A stretch of 53,623 nucleotides of DNA, filler included, from Basidiobolus ranarum (lineage: Eukaryota): assembly GCA_040143965.1 (NCBI GenBank). It is 3 parts of 3 records of this genome, joined end to end, with 100 filler letters (N's around TTAATTAATTAA, not from the genome) between each part and the next. Parts side by side here need not be neighbours in the genome. Positions count along the whole stretch, not along the records: positions 35,853 to 53,623 come from JASJQH010007167.1; 2 more parts are not named here. One strand, 5' to 3'. The notes under the pieces are model-generated. The model worked only from the letters and a program-made list of their open reading frames with translations, was not told the DNA's origin and searched no databases. Position numbers and translations under genes: made by a program. Within the stretch, counting starts at the first letter, position 1, and the number at the start of each line of letters is the position of its first letter. Shown piece by piece: positions 48,022-53,623 of this stretch.

Positions 48022-51000
48022 CAAATTTGAATAATCTGTATATCTGAGAACTTCAAAGTTGGTAAAAATATAAATTGCAATCAAGAATGACGGGTAATGT
48101 CTTAATGATATATAAGATAACCAATTACTAAGGTATATATGACTATATAGATATTGAGGCAATGCTAATATCAACAGGATGGTCCCAGTGCTGCAATTGA
48201 TTATTCAGATCAATTGATGATAGACATATGTTTCAATCAAATATTCATATTGTTCAACCTTACTAAGATATATCAGAGTGTGGAAGAGAAGTGAGACCTA
48301 TACTTGTACCCTCTTGTATGGCAAATAAATTTTCACTTTTACCCTTACTAATTCAATGCAGTGATCCAATATTTGGATTACTGATCAAAAGGCAAAGCGA
48401 AAAAGTATATATAGTACCAATTTGTTATGAAACACATATTCAATGACAAAAGAATGGCAGAAGATGCTGCCCCTTTTTTTGCTAGCGAAATCAAAGGGGC
48501 TATATCGGCGACTGGAGCAACTTGGGCTTATCTTTTTTCGGGGTAGGAAGCAATAATCTCTTGATGATAAAATCAGAAAGATTAAGGAAGAAACTCCCGA
48601 AATCAACCTGTATTCACCAGTCATCGATTTATCGTCCCTGGCTTCAATTTGTCAACCTGCCAAGGAGGTAAGTAAAATACTGGAGCCTATAGACATTCTG
48701 ATCCATAATGCTGCTATAGTTGCTTCTCCCTATTTAAATGATATAATACAAGTAAATATAAATATCAACCTAGTGATACTATTCCTGTATCATTATATGT
48801 TGACCACCAATGTTAATCAGTGCAGGTTATTTATTTGTTACTGAAGCCGGGATTGTCCTTGATTCATTCAGTACCCTAACCATATTTAGAAATTTTCAAT
48901 CCCCAGAATTGAATCATGGCCCCAAGCACGATTGCCATAATCAAGAAAACAAGTGTATACTGACTAAGCAGCTGATGCATTCATTCGATATTACTGAGTC
49001 CTTGTTATTCCACACCGATAAATTTCAGACTTGATGCAATGAATATCTGTATCACCGCTTGGGGTATCGCCGCAATCTTTTTACTTCAACAACACTCTCA
49101 TTTGCAAAGAGTGCATTACGTTTATTACCACCTATATCTACATGAGATGCATATGATCATATCCCTTGAGAAGCTATAGAGCCTTTCTCAAAGGCTAAGT
49201 AAATGCCTTGACAGTCAGTGTTCCCTGGTTTTGGTCGGTTATTTTAAATCCTAGTAAATAGAATTGAACATTCTTCTCGCTGTCACTGGTACGGTTGTTG
49301 TCATTTGACGTGATTCTGCACAGTAAACATGGACGGAAGGTGGGCAATGGCACGAAAAAAAGTGAATTCTTGGAAAATACTCTACGAGATTGAGAGTCAA
49401 GGCGGTTTACATGCAAATTCGACGTAGATTAAGTGAAGAGGAGGAAATGCCTTGTCACCTTCCATATTAGTCCATCTGGGATTCAATATCAGAGATTCAA
49501 ATGACTTATGGTAAACCATCCATGACCTAATATGGTATTTGATCTACCGTAAAATCTATAACCTTGAAGTGGGTTTGGGTTTGGATCCTTATAAGTACCT
49601 GACCCTCATGTATCAGATTATACTAGCTGATGTTGCTCTAGTGACTGTTATGTAGTCTTGCTCGGGAGATCTTGTACAAATTCATTGTATAGTTGTAACA
49701 CTACTCCACACCACGAATCACCGGCAAGCTGCTGTGAAACAGCGAGGAAACGTAACCGTCGGGAACACAAAAGTAGGCTATACATATATTCCGATATGCG
49801 ACCGTCGGTCTAACTTTGATCGAATTCAACAATGATCGAGTAGCCAAATAATGCAGTATTGTTGGTGATTCCCACAGATAGCCATAACCATGGCTTTTGC
49901 ATCAATATTGAACAGATCAAGTGTAAGGTATCAAGTAAGGGAATCGTGCATGAATATACAATATCTATTGTAAGAGCTTTTTCATTATTACCATGTTGGT
50001 GAAGAGTGCACCAATGAAGTATGACGGAACGGTTCCCAAACGTGGCCTTGTTAACAGAAGCCCACTTGGTGGGAAATTGTTGGCGGTATGTATTCCAAAA
50101 TGGGCAACTCTTGGAGAGGTTTTGGGTGTTTTCTAGTAGAAAATTTTCATTTAAGTATACATATGAACTGGAATGAGAAATACGCCCAAGACAATGAATA
50201 TAAATGGAAGCTCACAATTGCATCTGTTGGGGATACGTTCTGATAGTGAAATCTCCTAGCATTACAGGTCTTCAAGGATCTTTCAAGTGGCTGGCATTAA
50301 GATCAGTGACGAAAAGAGAGCGTATCGGATATAATGTTTTGCAGATGGTAAGCTTGCATAGTTATAAACCTCCATAAGGTAAACTGGACTGAACAATATC
50401 AATGACTCTTTCTAACCCCTATCTTTGTATTGTGGTTAGTAGTATTTAGCGAATTGATAACGAGTTTAATAAGTTTTGATAACAAATTTAATAAGTTTAT
50501 TCAATGCTCGTAAGCGGAGAATACTTGCAACCGCCATCATCGTTACTGCCTTGTCCCAATCACGAACAGTTTAAGCTCACAGAGAGTCTTCACATTTTGT
50601 CTAATGTTCAGATGATGCGATTGGCTTTGGTGATGACAACAGTAATCATGGCTTCTTATATACTTGATCCATATCAAATGTAGCCTCCTCATTGGTTTTT
50701 TATCTCTTTCGAGGTGTGCAAACATTGGGATCAGGTCCATATTCCAGAATCAACTTCAGCGACTGAGAAATTCTCGGATATATTAATATGGTACAAAGTT
50801 GTAAGCAACCAAGAATGGCAATAGATTTTTCAGATCGAGATTCATGTGAAGATCGATTCTGTATGGTAGGTCGAGAGAGTATTTTAGGCTGTGCTGATCT
50901 CCTAAATGAGTTTCTACGAGTTGAATTTGGATGTTATAGAACTGGCCACAACCATTTTTGCTCACACATTAACCATTCCTACACTTAGATCACCCACCAT

Positions 51001-51499
51001 TTAAACAATAGGAGTGAACCAAATGACAAATCTATATTATGAATGTGAATTTTTCGATCATCCACGTATGCTGGCCCACGTCGATATTTTGACGGGCTAC
51101 TGCCCGAATTGTAAAGGCGACAGTGATTTTTTTTTATTACCAATACTGTAGGTTAGCCTTTAACAGAGAGGCGAAATGCATCTATGTGCTTCTTGTATCA
51201 CTATGCATTACTGTTATCCTCTAAATAGTCAAAATGTCAACAAGAGTGTACAAAAATTACTGTCGTAGCGACTGTGTATACTATGAGGAAAGGGAAAAAC
51301 AGTATAAGCTTGGGAGAGTAACCCAGGGCAACGACTTACTAGGTATAGGTTTAACTGAGCTGTTTTTGGTAGATACAAAGACCGCCAGAGATTTTTTGAT
51401 GTACGTTAAATCCCATACTTCGAACACTACATGTATAAAACCAAGACAAATGTCTTTCATTCCCTTATCCTAGAAATATTCAGCTCAAAGAAGTCTGGT

Positions 51500-52081
51500 A
51501 TGCTATCAAAGTTACTTTTCATCGTTGTGCTTGGTTTGACCCTTATTCAAACCTCCGTTATGGCCAAGAGTGTGAAAATGACTTTCTACTGGGTCGCCAA
51601 GGAAAGTGATCATTCTGGCTCCAAATCTGTGAGCATTAAGACCTGCTCTGGAAAGCAAATCGCTAAGGTCTCTAGATCTTTTGCTGAGGCAGCACGCATG
51701 GAGGGTACTGCTCGCTTAAACAACGGAAAGGTGATCAATCTTGACTGTGGATGCAATGGTGATTACAGCTGCTTTACTACTATCAGTCAACCCTACGGTC
51801 TCGGTGCCAGAGATAACGCCTTGAAGCCCTTTGTTAGTGTTTCGGCAAACGATATCCCTATTGGTTCTAAGCTCATGGTAAAGCAACTCAAGGGGCTCAA
51901 GATGCCTAATGGACGCACTCACAACGGTTGTGTCCGAGTGGATGATAACGGTTGGAGTTTTGGTAACAATCAAATTGATTTCCTAGTTGGCGATAAGAAG
52001 TATTATAGTCAGCTTGATCGCCAGCATGGTAAATCTCTTAGTCGTGTCGATATATCTCGTTCTGATTGTAAACTACAATAA
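51500..52081 (+). CDS. Secreted 3D (Asp-Asp-Asp)/MltA-like domain protein, putative lytic transglycosylase-type enzyme, intronless
   Basis: TATA-like gtataaaa at ~51433; signal peptide MLSKLLFIVVLGLTLIQTSVMA; MTFYW, MEGTARL, YGLG...LKPFVSVSANDIPIGS, HNGCVRVDDNGWSFGNNQIDFLVG (3D pattern A.D...IP.G....D.G......ID.F); six Cys. Confidence 0.8.
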   Translation: MLSKLLFIVVLGLTLIQTSVMAKSVKMTFYWVAKESDHSGSKSVSIKTCSGKQIAKVSRSFAEAARMEGTARLNNGKVINLDCGCNGDYSCFTTISQPYGLGARDNALKPFVSVSANDIPIGSKLMVKQLKGLKMPNGRTHNGCVRVDDNGWSFGNNQIDFLVGDKKYYSQLDRQHGKSLSRVDISRSDCKLQ

Positions 52082-52420
52082 CAAAGAGGTCTCAACGGAG
52101 TATCTTTGAATATTATTGGAAACCTTCTTTAACATCTTCGACATTGTAGGATCACATGGACTGTGACAAGAATTTTCCTCATCTTCTGGTAAGATTATTC
52201 CAACTTTTAATGGGTTGCTGGTTGCAAAGAAAATTTCATAGATGTCAGTGTTCTAGGGTATTCACTTTATGAATTTTTGAAGGATAATTTCAAAAAATAG
52301 CTTATTGGTGCGATATTTATTCCCATTAATTATTATATTAACGAAGTATGCAGTTGAAATATTAAAAAATTATATGATGATTCCCTCAAAGTAGAACGGA
52401 GGTGTTAGTTTTATTTCCCG

Positions 52421-52451
52421 GCAATTGCCAATTGCCAATTGCCAATTACCA
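52421..52451. repeat. 7-bp microsatellite (CAATTGC) x ~4
   Basis: gcaattgccaattgccaattgccaattacc. Confidence 0.8.
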
Positions 52452-53623
52452 AATCCCATGAATCCTCTATATTCAATGATGATATGCATGCTAACAAACT
52501 GGCTTAAGATGATAGTGCACTCCGAAGGACTAATTGCTATACAAGAAGTTTAGAGTTAAAGTAAATGTACAACTTAAGAAGGTCTAGATGGTTTTAGTAA
52601 ACCATTACAGTGGTGCTCCCAGGCATCTTAAGCAGGCCACTATGCTCTGTTATGAGTTGTTTTTGATACCCCCCCTCCAGTGTAGGCACTCACTTATGTA
52701 AAGCCGGGATAGACTTCAGAGTGGTGATAACCACCATTTATGGAAAAGATATATCCCAAAGTAGCCTTTATAACCGTACTGCTATGACCTCTCTCGTCAA
52801 TGAAGCCTTAGCTATGTGATACAGGATATTTTTCAATTCGAGGTTTTTCTCCAGCATTTTCGATACTTGCTAATGAAAGGAATCGTTGTTACGCAAACCT
52901 AGATGAATCCGAACTGAGCCTACCTTACAAAGAATTTCGTATTGAAGAGGGATGATGTGACACCGTTGTGCGGTGGAGGCCAATAGGAAGTTCAAAATAT
53001 CAATAAACAGACTAGCTTTGAAGAGATTGTATTGAATATTTCAATATGAGCCTTCATCAGTAGCTCCCGCGTCTCTAATCCTAGATACAGCCTATAGAGA
53101 AATCCTGGTTCTCTGCGAAAAAAAATTTAAAGTAGTTTGATATAGCAGCACGTAGATTGTTGATCTTAGTGAGGCGTAGTTCAAGCAAATCAGATGGGTG
53201 CGATTGTTAATGGATTGATCAAATCCCTTCCTAAATTGTACAATAATTCGGAGATTTCCAAACTTTAAATGCTAATGTATCACTTGACCAATTAGGAACA
53301 ACCTTCGACTATCCATTAAAATGTTGGAATATTCATATAGAAGAGTATTCGAGCTTCTTTCCAATTATAATTTACTGTACTCGAATGCATTTACGATAAC
53401 TAAAGTAAAATAAAACTTGAATATGGGCTGATATAAATACTACGTATAGATGATATTGTTAGTAATGAACCAATTCAACCATCAGCCATGACTAGTTGGT
53501 CTTTTGGGCTCAACACACTCTAATAGAAAATACTTGAATGAGATAGCTGTAGGAGTTTGTGTGACGAGCTTATTAATAATGGCGCTAACAATGAAGGATG
53601 GGAAACCTGATGAATTTAGAAAG

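Noticed and set aside
50456-50500. 22-bp tandem duplication gataac.a.tttaataagttt
   Set aside because: Two copies only; an ordinary slippage duplication with no functional indication.
50715-50765. LKLILEYGPDPNV (minus strand) as an ankyrin pseudogene
   Set aside because: Only half a repeat, with no TPLH motif or second repeat; compatible with chance.
52930-52960. tattgaagaggg shared with a peptidase exon at ~1372
   Set aside because: A short match with no extension; expected by chance in AT-rich DNA.
1-53623. tRNA, rRNA or SECIS elements
   Set aside because: No cloverleaf with A/B boxes, no rRNA-like segment, and no conserved in-frame TGA in any intact gene was seen by eye. A covariance-model scan would be needed to exclude them fully.

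Overview
Eukaryotic, intron-rich fungal genomic DNA with short 50-80 nt GT-AG introns. Gene content and style suggest an early-diverging fungus, e.g. Basidiobolus-like; this is inference only. The window is three contigs joined by artificial 100-nt spacers (N44-TTAATTAATTAA-N44) at 17839-17938 and 35753-35852, so synteny across them is unproven. Contig 1 carries a truncated copia LTR, an M3A thimet-type oligopeptidase, a START-domain protein, PRPP synthetase, an EVE/THYN1 protein, a small SH3-like protein, a Num1/ApsA-like cortical dynein anchor and a truncated Ste11 MAPKKK. Contig 2 carries the 3' end of asparagine synthetase, an intronless Na+/K+-ATPase-like (ACU-type) P-type ATPase, a double-hotdog acyl-CoA thioesterase, cytidine deaminase, a 4-TM protein, a bacterial-type membrane-anchored beta-lactamase-family serine hydrolase and a truncated gene. 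Contig 3 opens with a ~12 kb, almost CpG-free graveyard of transposon relics: a copia 3' end, two inverted CACTA/EnSpm-type transposase relics flanking dead repeat-containing ORFs, and a gypsy inserted into a copia. It ends with an isolated intronless secreted 3D/MltA-like protein. The strongest leads are the two bacterial-type peptidoglycan-enzyme-family genes, the dynein-adaptor motif set in the Num1-like protein, and the sharply bounded CpG-depleted TE domain.
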